Below are positions 10,301 to 18,318 of a stretch of DNA of 61,590 nucleotides, piece by piece. The notes under the pieces were generated by a model. The model did not search any database. It had not been told where the DNA came from and saw nothing but the letters and a program-made list of their open reading frames with translations. The stretch comes from a virus (taxonomy: Duplodnaviria > Caudoviricetes). The position numbers and the translations under genes were made by a program. The DNA is taken from IMG/VR virus record IMGVR_UViG_3300032053_000072, positions 1-61,590 of that record; one strand, written 5' to 3'. Position 1 is the first letter of the stretch. Each line of letters begins with the position of its first letter.

Positions 10301-10923
10301 CAGACGCCGCAGTTGTCATCGGATGCAGACATTGTCAACGTCAATGGTGTCTGCGCACCGGTCGTTCCTTGGGCAGATTCATAAGCGGCCGTAATGCAGA
10401 CATCATTCGCGCCCGTGTTGGTGCCGCGGTCGTACATGTGAAACCGATAACCTGGTGGCAGGAATGTATTGTTGCCATTACCTGCACCAAACAGAACATA
10501 CGAAGTGTGTCTGATGGTGCGTGTTCCGGCTGGGGCTGTAACATAGACCGAATGGCCACCACCACTCTGAGCTGTATGGATGTGGATCGGAGTTGCCTGA
10601 TCAGCACCCTGCATGACAACGATTGCACCAGCGACCGGCCTTGCCGTGCTCAGTGTCCACGTATAAGTCACGCTGCCGGAAATGTCTGCACTCGTGGCAA
10701 TCCGATACGAAACGTTCATGCCGACATTCAACACGGCTGGCACTTCGTCGTGAACCAGAGTCCAGCCACTTGGCAATGTGACTGTGTCGCCGGTCTGACG
10801 CTGAGCTGATATCGACGCCAGCAGCAAGTCGCCCGCACGACAGACAGGCACTGTCAATGCATGGGTTGCGGACGACGCTCCTACGTAGCTAAGCCAGTTT
10901 CTGGCGCCCGCGGCCACCGCCAC
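7348..10923 (-). CDS. Large tail-tip/hub protein with long N-terminal beta-rich extra domains
   Basis: 1191 aa; C-terminal half has hub-like motifs (MDNSDGRF, VFLGRVQDV, EIAESEAG); lies downstream of tape measure and distal tail genes. Confidence 0.75.
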   Translation of the reverse strand: MAVAAGARNWLSYVGASSATHALTVPVCRAGDLLLASISAQRQTGDTVTLPSGWTLVHDEVPAVLNVGMNVSYRIATSADISGSVTYTWTLSTARPVAGAIVVMQGADQATPIHIHTAQSGGGHSVYVTAPAGTRTIRHTSYVLFGAGNGNNTFLPPGYRFHMYDRGTNTGANDVCITAAYESAQGTTGAQTPLTLTMSASDDNCGVCVWLVPDGSEYFTPGVLEDINLSTDFEGGIDAIHAQWSQGTAWEDGWVQQYFEHDIQFVNDPTAHSGDWYVQFPITGNADMELMIPFYPMVWSLSFYLRIPEPLATGWDSFMWDEYVVSEAVYLTGADDPDYPDMVEFEFDERDSADPEHEDDWVTIYVPRPDDWTKFEFKFDARTGMREVWVGGEQVYLGHFSFYFPLTPYYEWEVMLWEMSIVYDIDDLEFTYEKGWAFQEDLEDSTSSWRYPRKFCWCVGDNLWDGCWPSPLLTEGDNHYMNFTDINGHNIYFEGPIPAYVDKSLQTGAIETFSFDFRVESAGDPGDDQAIAKCYLEGCPSYYIDAEIDGNGNSYSPATYLFRLAYDGTSDSFYVDEGLPCLSTGAAISFARTGAWRTFKVVADIVNDTLEYYLDGATIGSHTIARPHDFISDYYHSDPVYYEYMSWQWYWLDWGQLSITWSSPSDYTINETNVVFFDIDNIFAYSDSRTLSQLSQEPFALQTAIIEMDWPRNGTWTEETSNAFLGVNYSYGIISPGGSLSQLGEGPVAQMSLRMDNSDGRFSVDRTGSQAQVNGIFQTPIRFSPGYYDSGGTPQRAVVFLGRVQDVQEDEASATATLSCQGYDFDIQQQRPETLTQTDHRTDELIADVATDIAFTGTSLDRGYTVVPYHYADADDGLAEMREIAESEAGIVWVNPKTGNLEFWAWAKWIGAASEATYTRTLLENVRPRHDYRQAFDVVNVTYQPRRTGRLMNLHQLGTPILIAPLCTKTLTIRFHYPIAEYDSYEVVATTSGGVGFTEGVELTVSNADDSTPWVPEGAVSSRVKFANASANHGMVIRKFDVLGRPIEGLPNREYKADKNYLVVHRRTDVKPNEVKARACLQHEAQAALVAELKAYRLQDPPVLLTVGPLPGNPELNVGSAITVNIAAGISQINKLVILLHRQGSYALRYEETWLAIPQDELYQYATVSTGTTAGAFKVGTSRLSYGRLGF

Positions 10924-11224
10924 CTCTACCCGTATTGGGCCTGAGTTTCACTATTGCCAACTCGGCAATCCTCGGCGAGTTAGTTAGGCCACGCTCCTTC
11001 GGAAGGTTGTCTAGTGCAAGGAGTTCCTTCAGCGCTTCATCGTCTCGCAATATCTGTCCTGCTAGGCGTTTGGGGTGCTCCACGCCGCGCTCGACTAGTA
11101 GAGTGAACAGGGCTGCTAGCGTAGTAGGATTTGGGCGTCTGCCCTCGGCCAATGCCTTCAGCGCCCGCCGTTTGTGGTCGCCACTCAATTCCCTGGGTAC
11201 CTTGCTCCTTACGATAATTGCCAT
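10889..11224 (-). CDS. Hypothetical protein in tail module
   Basis: Fills the gap between coupled tail genes. Confidence 0.55.
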   Translation of the reverse strand: MAIIVRSKVPRELSGDHKRRALKALAEGRRPNPTTLAALFTLLVERGVEHPKRLAGQILRDDEALKELLALDNLPKERGLTNSPRIAELAIVKLRPNTGRGGGGRGRQKLA

Positions 11225-11225
11225 G

Positions 11226-11567
11226 CTATGCCGTCGTCTCCTCGAGCGTGGCGGTCACCCGGAATGTCGCATCGTCTATGAGGACGCCCTTGCTCCAGGC
11301 CGTTACCATCATCGTCTCCGTGTTGCCGAGGTGGTCGATCACGGTCTTGGCCACATAGTAAGCAGCCCGCAGCGCCAGTATCAGATTGGTATGGTTAGCA
11401 CCGGAGCAGTCCCAGGCGTAGTCACCGCCCAGCCCCTCTCCCAGCCGGTGGGCGCCCTTCGAGCCGTCGAGGAACTGCCACTTCTCGCCAACCACCAGGC
11501 CCTTGATGCTGTAGCCACCCTCTACTGGGTCGGGAAGGCCCGAATAGGCACCTATCGTCATGCTCAT
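11226..11567 (-). CDS. Distal tail protein (putative)
   Basis: Small beta-rich protein immediately after the tape measure. Confidence 0.6.
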   Translation of the reverse strand: MSMTIGAYSGLPDPVEGGYSIKGLVVGEKWQFLDGSKGAHRLGEGLGGDYAWDCSGANHTNLILALRAAYYVAKTVIDHLGNTETMMVTAWSKGVLIDDATFRVTATLEETTA

Positions 11568-13813
11568 GGCGATGCTCCCGGCATCGGGATGCCGAAGTAC
11601 CCGTGCACTACACTAATGATCACATCCCGCACCGTGTTGTTGAATGTCGTGCCGGGGGTCTTTAGCGCTGTGCCGAACCCGGTAACGAGTACCGCGCCGG
11701 CGTCTTTGCCGGCCTTGCCCCAGTCCTGGTCTAGTAACGTCTCCCGGAATGTGCCCGCGAAGTCGATGGCGCCCATAGTGCCTGCCCCCGCGAAGTCGAA
11801 GGCGGCCATGACCTCCGGGTTCTCCGGCCCCAGGCCCGCTGCCGCCAACTGCTCAGCACCTATGCCCATGATGCCCTGCCAGTTGAGTTTGCTGGTCATC
11901 TGCTCGTCAAAGGCGGTGACAAAGGCATCCCAATCTATCGCCTCGGGTCGCATACCCATCCCGAACTCGCGCATGAAGTTCAAGCCGAAACCTTGCGCCT
12001 GCTCGACACTTAGTCCCGGCGGCATCCCCGTTTCTGCCATGAACTCAGGGAACCACGGCTGGCGCATCGTGTTGGCCGTGTCGCGCGCCAGTGCCTCGGC
12101 CCGATCATAGTTCTCCTTCCACGTGTCCCGGTGCATCCCCATCTGGTCTTCGAGCGCGGTCAGGTCGGCACCGGGTGGCTGGAGGATGCCAGAGATGGCC
12201 GACTGGTAGTCGGACATGTAGCCTTCCATGTCCTTCAGGGCGTCTTTGTAGGCGCTAGCGCCACCACTCGCGGCCCGCTGCGCCTCACTGATCTGCCAGT
12301 CGGCCAGCCGTTTGCTGTAGTCATACAGAGTCTCATTGACGCGCCTCACCGGTTCCGATGAGCCGGCCACGATCTCGGCTATCTGGTAGGCCGTGTCCCT
12401 CTGAAGATCAACTATCTTGCGTTGCTCCAACAGTTCGTATTGATACTGGGTGTACACGCCAGGTGCGGGCATCTGGAGCTTGGCCAATGCACTTGCAGCC
12501 GGCCCGTGGTAGCCTGGCGCGGCGGGGCCACCCAGCATCTCTATCTGCTGTTGGATGTGCAGGCGCAGGTAGACGTCCTTATCGCTGAGGCCGGCGAGTC
12601 GGACTTGCAGCGCGGCTATCTCCGCGGCTGCCCTCTCTGCCGCGGAGCCTACTCCCTGCTCCATACCCATGAGCCGCTGGCTGGTAGTAATCATGGCCTG
12701 CTGTTCTTGTACTGTATCTTGTGTCTCCATCCACAGTTTCCGCAGGGCAAGGGCCGCTGGCAGTGACACTTGTTCCAACCGTCTTGCCGCCTGGTTCATC
12801 TGATCCATACTCATAGTCGCTAGCGGCAAGTAACGGCCCAAGTCCTCAATGTCTGCTGTCCATATCTCGAAGCCAGGGCCACCTGGCACTATCATCTGCC
12901 GCAATGATTCGGCCAAGAGACCAAACCCGGCGGATAACTTGGTGTACGGAGCGCCAGTCGCCATGTCTTCCATCATCCGGCCAATACCGAATAAGCGGTC
13001 TTCGTACTGTCTCATGCCTGGGATGTTCATAACGATCATATTGGCCAGTGAATTGGCTACCTTGTCTAGGGTTGGCGCCGCCGCTATCTGTAGATATTCT
13101 GTCAGGTCTTCCATGACCACCCGTAGCCGCATGATGCCGCCACCGGCCATGTCCGTCCCCGATTCCCAGTCGCCGAATCTCTTGGTAGCTTGATCTTGCA
13201 CTGCTATCCAGATGGCCATCGAACGCTCACCTTGAGTCAACTCATTGGCCACCTTGCCGATACTAACAGCGTACGACTCCATCGCCGCCGTCTGGTCTAT
13301 GACGATCCCGACCTGCATAAGCGAGCGGGCGTAGCCACGGGCTACACCTGTGCTGATCGCCGTCGTCAGGCTTTCAATGTCCCCCATGCCCCTGGCGGAG
13401 GCAGCTACGGCGATCTGGATCATCTTCGGATACTCGGCGGCTAACTCCGCACCGGCCATCACCAGCGTCTTGTTGAACTGCCGCGTCATGTTGTCCAGGT
13501 CGGCCATGCCCTGGGTCGCCTCAGCCATCTGCTGCTTTATCGTATCGCCTGACAGGCCAGCTTGCTGAGTCAGTAGTTGGAAGCCGTTCTCGATGCGGAT
13601 GAGCTCGGCGCCGGCCGCGCCAAAGTCGAACACCTTGTCTATGGCAACGCCGATGCCGGCTATCGCCCCAACGACACCGGCGACGCCAAACAAGCTCGTA
13701 ACGTTGCTGGTGAAGCCACGAATCTGCCCTTCAGCGTCCTTGAGGCCGGACTGTAGGCCGCGCACATCGGCGCCGACGGTGCACAGGAGTTGGGCTACCT
13801 CACCCGCGGCCAC
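11564..13813 (-). CDS. Tape measure protein
   Basis: N-term VAQLLCTVGADVRGLQSGL; helical and Ala/Gly-rich; follows the chaperone genes. Confidence 0.9.
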   Translation of the reverse strand: MAAGEVAQLLCTVGADVRGLQSGLKDAEGQIRGFTSNVTSLFGVAGVVGAIAGIGVAIDKVFDFGAAGAELIRIENGFQLLTQQAGLSGDTIKQQMAEATQGMADLDNMTRQFNKTLVMAGAELAAEYPKMIQIAVAASARGMGDIESLTTAISTGVARGYARSLMQVGIVIDQTAAMESYAVSIGKVANELTQGERSMAIWIAVQDQATKRFGDWESGTDMAGGGIMRLRVVMEDLTEYLQIAAAPTLDKVANSLANMIVMNIPGMRQYEDRLFGIGRMMEDMATGAPYTKLSAGFGLLAESLRQMIVPGGPGFEIWTADIEDLGRYLPLATMSMDQMNQAARRLEQVSLPAALALRKLWMETQDTVQEQQAMITTSQRLMGMEQGVGSAAERAAAEIAALQVRLAGLSDKDVYLRLHIQQQIEMLGGPAAPGYHGPAASALAKLQMPAPGVYTQYQYELLEQRKIVDLQRDTAYQIAEIVAGSSEPVRRVNETLYDYSKRLADWQISEAQRAASGGASAYKDALKDMEGYMSDYQSAISGILQPPGADLTALEDQMGMHRDTWKENYDRAEALARDTANTMRQPWFPEFMAETGMPPGLSVEQAQGFGLNFMREFGMGMRPEAIDWDAFVTAFDEQMTSKLNWQGIMGIGAEQLAAAGLGPENPEVMAAFDFAGAGTMGAIDFAGTFRETLLDQDWGKAGKDAGAVLVTGFGTALKTPGTTFNNTVRDVIISVVHGYFGIPMPGASP

Positions 13814-14004
13814 GCCTGCCTCCTGATTTGACTTGACTCATTGCCTTCCTCTTAGCACCTTCCTGCCTTTGCCTGCCTTCCCGATAGCGCAGGAAGCCGT
13901 GCCAGCTCACGAACTCCGGCATGGGCATCTCCGCTTCCAGGCGGGCGACTGTCGTATGCAGGTTCTCCGCTAGCTGGTACAAGTTATACAGCGCGGGGTC
14001 ACTT
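13800..14004 (-). CDS. Tail assembly chaperone extension (gpT-like), probably made by +1 frameshift
   Basis: YQLAENLHTTVARL...MPEFVSW; open in the +1 frame back into the upstream gene; no clear own start. Confidence 0.65.
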
Positions 14005-14406
14005 GCGAAACCGCTTCTCCGCGTCGTCTACTGCCACCTGTGTTATCTGCCCGAACCGGTTCATCCCGGACAACATCCAGATGCGGTTCAGGAGCACTTG
14101 CACCGCCCCCCAGGTCTTCTGGCGAAGCTGCTCAGCTTGGTCAAGAGTGATAATCGGCTCTGCCAGGCCATATACCAGGGCAAGCCGTTCCATCGCCTCG
14201 TCGTCGATGTCACCTCCTGGATCGAGTGTGCCATCGGCCTTTTTGTCAGGCGGCCTGGTGGCCTCCCTGAGCATCCTGGAGTGCGTCGCCTTGCTAAAAG
14301 CTTTGATCCGCACCTGCCCGATGCCAGGGAGGTCCAACAACTCCGTGATCTGGTCCGCGTCCGGCACAGCCAGCAGTTCTTCTATGCTGAGTATGCGCTT
14401 CTCCAT
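13999..14406 (-). CDS. Tail assembly chaperone (gpG-like)
   Basis: Between tail tube and tape measure; ends CGG TTT CGC AAG TGA. Confidence 0.8.
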   Translation of the reverse strand: MEKRILSIEELLAVPDADQITELLDLPGIGQVRIKAFSKATHSRMLREATRPPDKKADGTLDPGGDIDDEAMERLALVYGLAEPIITLDQAEQLRQKTWGAVQVLLNRIWMLSGMNRFGQITQVAVDDAEKRFRK

Positions 14407-14410
14407 ACGA

Positions 14411-14788
14411 TTACACCCTCGACAGAGTGCCGGCACCGCTCAAGGCGACGGTGAACGTCACCTTGTCGCCGGAGGTAGCCGCAATTGAGTAACTCTCAAT
14501 CCAGCAGTTCACCGTGAATGCCGTCGTGGCTTGTGGCTTGAAGATTACGGCCGTTGGTGCCGAACTGGTCAGGGCTGCCCACAGTAGACCGTCGGCGGTC
14601 TGGTCGTAGTCGCCATCGCTGGTGAACTTGCAGTCCTGTAGGCCCGCGACACGCGCGATAGCCGTTGACGTCAGCACCTTGATCTCGGCGAGCTCGCGCG
14701 ACAGATCCATGCTCGCCGATTCGATGTAGCCACCAAATGCGGAGCCGATTGACAGCGTTGCCGCAATTCCATGTCCGAATGTTGCCAT
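14411..14788 (-). CDS. Tail tube protein (short paralog)
   Basis: RVAGLQDCKFTSDGDYD tube-like motif; position. Confidence 0.75.
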   Translation of the reverse strand: MATFGHGIAATLSIGSAFGGYIESASMDLSRELAEIKVLTSTAIARVAGLQDCKFTSDGDYDQTADGLLWAALTSSAPTAVIFKPQATTAFTVNCWIESYSIAATSGDKVTFTVALSGAGTLSRV

Positions 14789-14804
14789 TACAGCCTCCTA
14801 TGCG

Positions 14805-15524
14805 TTAGTTGCGCATCCAGCCGACGAAGAAGGTCGCCGCCTTGCCCGGCGTAATCGTCCAGGTGACTCTGATATACTGACCAACGTCGCCAGTCGCCGA
14901 CTTTTTCTCGCTGGTTGGACCTGTAACATGCGTGACATTCGTAAATGCTACTAACTGCACCCAGGTTGCGTTATCATCGCAATGCTCGATCTTACAAGTC
15001 AGCGTCGCTGCAGCAGCGGATATAGCGGTGCACTCAAGATAGGCTTGGTAGCCAGAGTGGCTGTCCGCACTATTGTTAACAGAAGCTGTGCTGCTGTCGG
15101 TCGTGCGCTCCGTCAGCGGGTGGAGAACGATGCCCCTGTCCGTGTCCGTGCTGGACATGGCCTGCACCGGCATCTTTACAGCGTCGTCGCCGGCATCGGC
15201 GCCCTCACTCGCCAGCATCACTTTGCCCAGGTAGGCGGTATTGCCGGCAGTATCACCGTCCGGCAAGAAGGCGAAACAGCCGTCGATGATAGCCGCTGGG
15301 CTGATCATGTTCCAGACTTTACCCTCTGCATCCGTGTCGTACACACCTGCCAGGGTCAGGCTCACGTCGCGCAGTCCGGCCACGCGCTGCACAGCGGTGG
15401 CTTCCAGCACCCTGATCTCCGCCAACGCCCGACTCGCCTCGAACGTCGCCTCCTCCACATACGGGCTCATGTTCTGATTGTGGACGTACACCCTTGCACT
15501 AATGCCGTGCCGGAAAGCCATCAT
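14805..15524 (-). CDS. Tail tube paralog with a C-terminal beta-sandwich domain
   Basis: N-half aligns by eye with 14411-14788 (HGI...LAEI.VL...RVAGL.D). Confidence 0.7.
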   Translation of the reverse strand: MMAFRHGISARVYVHNQNMSPYVEEATFEASRALAEIRVLEATAVQRVAGLRDVSLTLAGVYDTDAEGKVWNMISPAAIIDGCFAFLPDGDTAGNTAYLGKVMLASEGADAGDDAVKMPVQAMSSTDTDRGIVLHPLTERTTDSSTASVNNSADSHSGYQAYLECTAISAAAATLTCKIEHCDDNATWVQLVAFTNVTHVTGPTSEKKSATGDVGQYIRVTWTITPGKAATFFVGWMRN

Positions 15525-15937
15525 GCCACCTCAATCTTGAAGTCACTGCTCACGTGCTGATAGAAGACACCGGCGTTCTCCTCAACAAAGGCCATTCCGC
15601 TAACCCGCTCGCACACCCAAAAGGTGTAACCGGTCACGGCCAACGTCACTCTGTTCAGAAGAGTGTCTATGCGGCTCATGGCTGATATTGCCACCGTGTT
15701 GTCGAGCCCCTTGCCAACACACTTAATCTGGTAGCGGTACCTGGTCCTGATACGTTGGGTGAGTGTGTATACATCGTCGCTATCAACCAGATTGAGCACG
15801 ACGAATGGATATGTCGCGGCGTATGGAGCAACCGTGTTGTACACGCCACTGACTATCGTCATCAGTTTGCCGGCGGCGGTGTCTGCCGTGAGCGTGGAGT
15901 ACAGGATCGCCTCAATCGCGTTCTGCGCTGAACTCAC
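15521..15937 (-). CDS. Tail terminator/completion protein (DUF3168-like)
   Basis: AILYSTL...GVYNTVAP...YPFVV pattern; position. Confidence 0.75.
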   Translation of the reverse strand: MSSAQNAIEAILYSTLTADTAAGKLMTIVSGVYNTVAPYAATYPFVVLNLVDSDDVYTLTQRIRTRYRYQIKCVGKGLDNTVAISAMSRIDTLLNRVTLAVTGYTFWVCERVSGMAFVEENAGVFYQHVSSDFKIEVA

Positions 15938-16341
15938 AGCTTGACGATCTCCTCCAGGTCGGCTATCAACTTGTCGCGGTTCTTATCAACGGCAGGGCGC
16001 ACAAATGGACGCGGCAGGAGGGTTGTCGTGCCAAACTCCAGCCAGAACCCGTACAGGATGCCCCAAATCTCCCTGGTGAGTTTCGCCACTCGCTTGACAA
16101 CGAGGCTGTTGGCCAGCGTTCCAATGTCTGTGGCGGGAGCCTCACCTGGCGCTGATGCCTGGTGCTCGACATTACCGCGCCTGTAAAGGCGTCCTGTCTT
16201 TGGCCCACTCTCGATGGCATCCTTCATGTCCGTGACCATTGTCTGAGCGCCTTGCTCGATGATCTTGGCCGCACGAGGCTCGACTTGCTTTTCTAGCAAG
16301 GTAAACTTGCTCCACACCACCCTGATCTCCCCCTGCACCAT
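15934..16341 (-). CDS. HK97 gp10-like neck protein
   Basis: HQASAPGEAPATDIGTL and WLEFGT...PRPFVRPA. Confidence 0.85.
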   Translation of the reverse strand: MVQGEIRVVWSKFTLLEKQVEPRAAKIIEQGAQTMVTDMKDAIESGPKTGRLYRRGNVEHQASAPGEAPATDIGTLANSLVVKRVAKLTREIWGILYGFWLEFGTTTLLPRPFVRPAVDKNRDKLIADLEEIVKL

Positions 16342-16703
16342 TACTTCACCTCCGTGCAGAGGCAGCGCCGCACCACTTCCCAAGTGCGCGCTACTATGTC
16401 GTGGACCTCAAAAGTCCGGCCAAGTGTTACCACCCTGTCCGTAGGCCGTACGTCCGTTCCTACCTGAAAGGTAATCGTCCAGGCGGACGTGACGCCTAGC
16501 CGCTCTGCCAGCAGCCGCTCGTTTGGCCCGCCGCCTTGCTGTACCCGGCATTCGGTCGCCGTGGTGACCACCGCCCATGCCTCTGTGTATCCGCCAGCAT
16601 TGTTGCTGGTCAGCGTCGGCCTGGAGACGTTGCAGGTGCCGGGCAGAGCGTCCTTGCCTTCGCGCTTCATGTCCGTGATGTCAGTGGTCGTGAACATCAC
16701 CAT
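16341..16703 (-). CDS. Head closure/stopper protein
   Basis: GGYTEAW...GTDVRPTDRV...RTFEV. Confidence 0.8.
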   Translation of the reverse strand: MVMFTTTDITDMKREGKDALPGTCNVSRPTLTSNNAGGYTEAWAVVTTATECRVQQGGGPNERLLAERLGVTSAWTITFQVGTDVRPTDRVVTLGRTFEVHDIVARTWEVVRRCLCTEVK

Positions 16704-16712
16704 CGGTTGTCT

Positions 16713-17135
16713 CTATTCCTCATCGTCTGCCGCGGCCGTAACTGGGTTGTCATACATGCCCTTCTTGAATGATGGCTGAATCAGGTCGGTGTCTTCCTCG
16801 TAAGTTTCCCACTCGGCCTCGCTCAGACCAGCCGCCCATGGTGCGACGGCAGCAGATGCCTGAGCTCGCAGGGCAATGGCCCGTTTGCGGTAGTTCTCCG
16901 CCTGTTGGCTGAAGGACACTGAAAGCCCGTCTATGCTCTTGTCCACCCGCCGGGCCAACTTGGCAGCGATGGCCTCGCAGGCCGCCGCCGCTGCACTGAT
17001 TATGCCAGCTTCTATTGTCTGCAGGTACGTGAGCTCGCCGTCTTGGAGCAACTGGTCATTCGTGTCCGTGTCACCAGAGAGGAAGCGAATCTTGTCCCTC
17101 GCAAGGGTAAAGTCGGCGCTGTAGGTCCAAACCAT
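16713..17135 (-). CDS. Head-tail adaptor
   Basis: DKIRFLSGDTD...LLQDGEL pattern. Confidence 0.8.
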   Translation of the reverse strand: MVWTYSADFTLARDKIRFLSGDTDTNDQLLQDGELTYLQTIEAGIISAAAAACEAIAAKLARRVDKSIDGLSVSFSQQAENYRKRAIALRAQASAAVAPWAAGLSEAEWETYEEDTDLIQPSFKKGMYDNPVTAAADDEE

Positions 17136-17139
17136 CAGA

Positions 17140-17562
17140 TCATCCCGTTGCCTGCATCCCCACGCTGAAGGTGAATGTCTGTCCATGTGCGCCGCCATCG
17201 GTAATCAGCCACTTCACGCGCACATCCGGCCCATGCGGCCCCTGGATAACGCCCGCGGCCATCGTCGCGTCTGTGGGCGCACCCTGTGATGTGGTAGGAG
17301 CAGCACTCCTGACCCAGTGAGCCAAGTACTTCTTCACCGGCAAGCTGCCCAGCACCTGAGTAAACCTGCACAGGTCGTTCCAAGTGCTTCCCACATCCAC
17401 TGACGACTGCACGAAAACGTCCAGTAGATCGCCAGCCACAGCCCCGCCAGTTGTCACGTTCAGCATGAAGATGGCCGAATCCGCCCTGGCGAACTCCGGC
17501 AGGTCTAATGCAGCAGTAGCGCTACTTGCCGTTCTCAGTCCTGATGCCAGTATCGTTCTCAT
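17140..17562 (-). CDS. Virion beta-sandwich protein, similar to the C-domain of 14805-15524
   Basis: VQSSVD.GSTWNDL.RFTQV and VRVKWLIT. Confidence 0.6.
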   Translation of the reverse strand: MRTILASGLRTASSATAALDLPEFARADSAIFMLNVTTGGAVAGDLLDVFVQSSVDVGSTWNDLCRFTQVLGSLPVKKYLAHWVRSAAPTTSQGAPTDATMAAGVIQGPHGPDVRVKWLITDGGAHGQTFTFSVGMQATG

Positions 17563-17571
17563 CGAGTCCTC

Positions 17572-18318
17572 CTAGAAGCTCCGCAACCGTTCCTCAAAAA
17601 TCATCCCACCAGCGGAAATGCTGACCGGCTTTTCTTTCGCCATGTCCGCCTTCGCCTTTTCGTATGTCGCCCTGGTGATCTTCTGTTCTCCGCAGTGCGG
17701 AGACTCCAGGCCGAAATCGCAGAAATGCGGGATGCCGCTCCTGTAGCACGAAAGGCCAAAGTAGATGTCTTCGCCCGGCTGCGTGTCGAAGGCTGGGTTG
17801 TAGACCAGCCGGAACCAGGGCCAGACGAGCTTACTCTCCTGCAACTTGGTGAACACCCATCGTTGAATCGCAATCGCCCCAGTCCCAACCATAGTGCACT
17901 GCACCAGGCCAGCGGACGCGGGCAGGCTGCTAATGTCCATATTGGTGAAGCCGTCCTCTACCTTGACGAAGACGCAGGGATCGTATGGGTGGCTGCGGCG
18001 GAAACACAGAGCCCCAACCACGCCAACGTTGTGCACTACCAGCCGCTCGATGATGTCACATGGGTGATCGTGGTCGGCATCAAGCATTACCAGCGTGTCC
18101 TTCGGGTTGCGACTGTATTCCATGAACAGGCGGCTGATCTTGTTCCTGGCGTCGTCAGTTCGTGTCGGATCTATCGACAGGTGCCGGTAGTCGCGGATGC
18201 CCGAACGGATGGCCACCGATAGGAAGTTATTGAACGCGGAGCCGCTGCCAGCGCCAGTACGCTCCGGTAAAGCGGCCCACCAGACTGTCTTACCGGCATC
18301 ACCGACGACGGCATTCAT
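17572..18318 (-). CDS. GT-A fold glycosyltransferase
   Basis: DARN, MLDADH (DxD), VGTGAIAI.R.VF and GEDIYF. Confidence 0.8.
   Translation of the reverse strand: MNAVVGDAGKTVWWAALPERTGAGSGSAFNNFLSVAIRSGIRDYRHLSIDPTRTDDARNKISRLFMEYSRNPKDTLVMLDADHDHPCDIIERLVVHNVGVVGALCFRRSHPYDPCVFVKVEDGFTNMDISSLPASAGLVQCTMVGTGAIAIQRWVFTKLQESKLVWPWFRLVYNPAFDTQPGEDIYFGLSCYRSGIPHFCDFGLESPHCGEQKITRATYEKAKADMAKEKPVSISAGGMIFEERLRSF

Noticed and set aside
3397-10923. Diversity-generating retroelement or invertible tail-fibre shufflon
   Set aside because: No reverse transcriptase, no template/variable repeat pair and no inverted fibre segments seen
10935-12110. Long plus-strand ORFs (also 19083-19982, 23465-24544, 50196-51044) and minus-strand 58236-59174
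   Set aside because: Antisense shadows of well-supported genes in high-GC DNA; no motifs or RBSs
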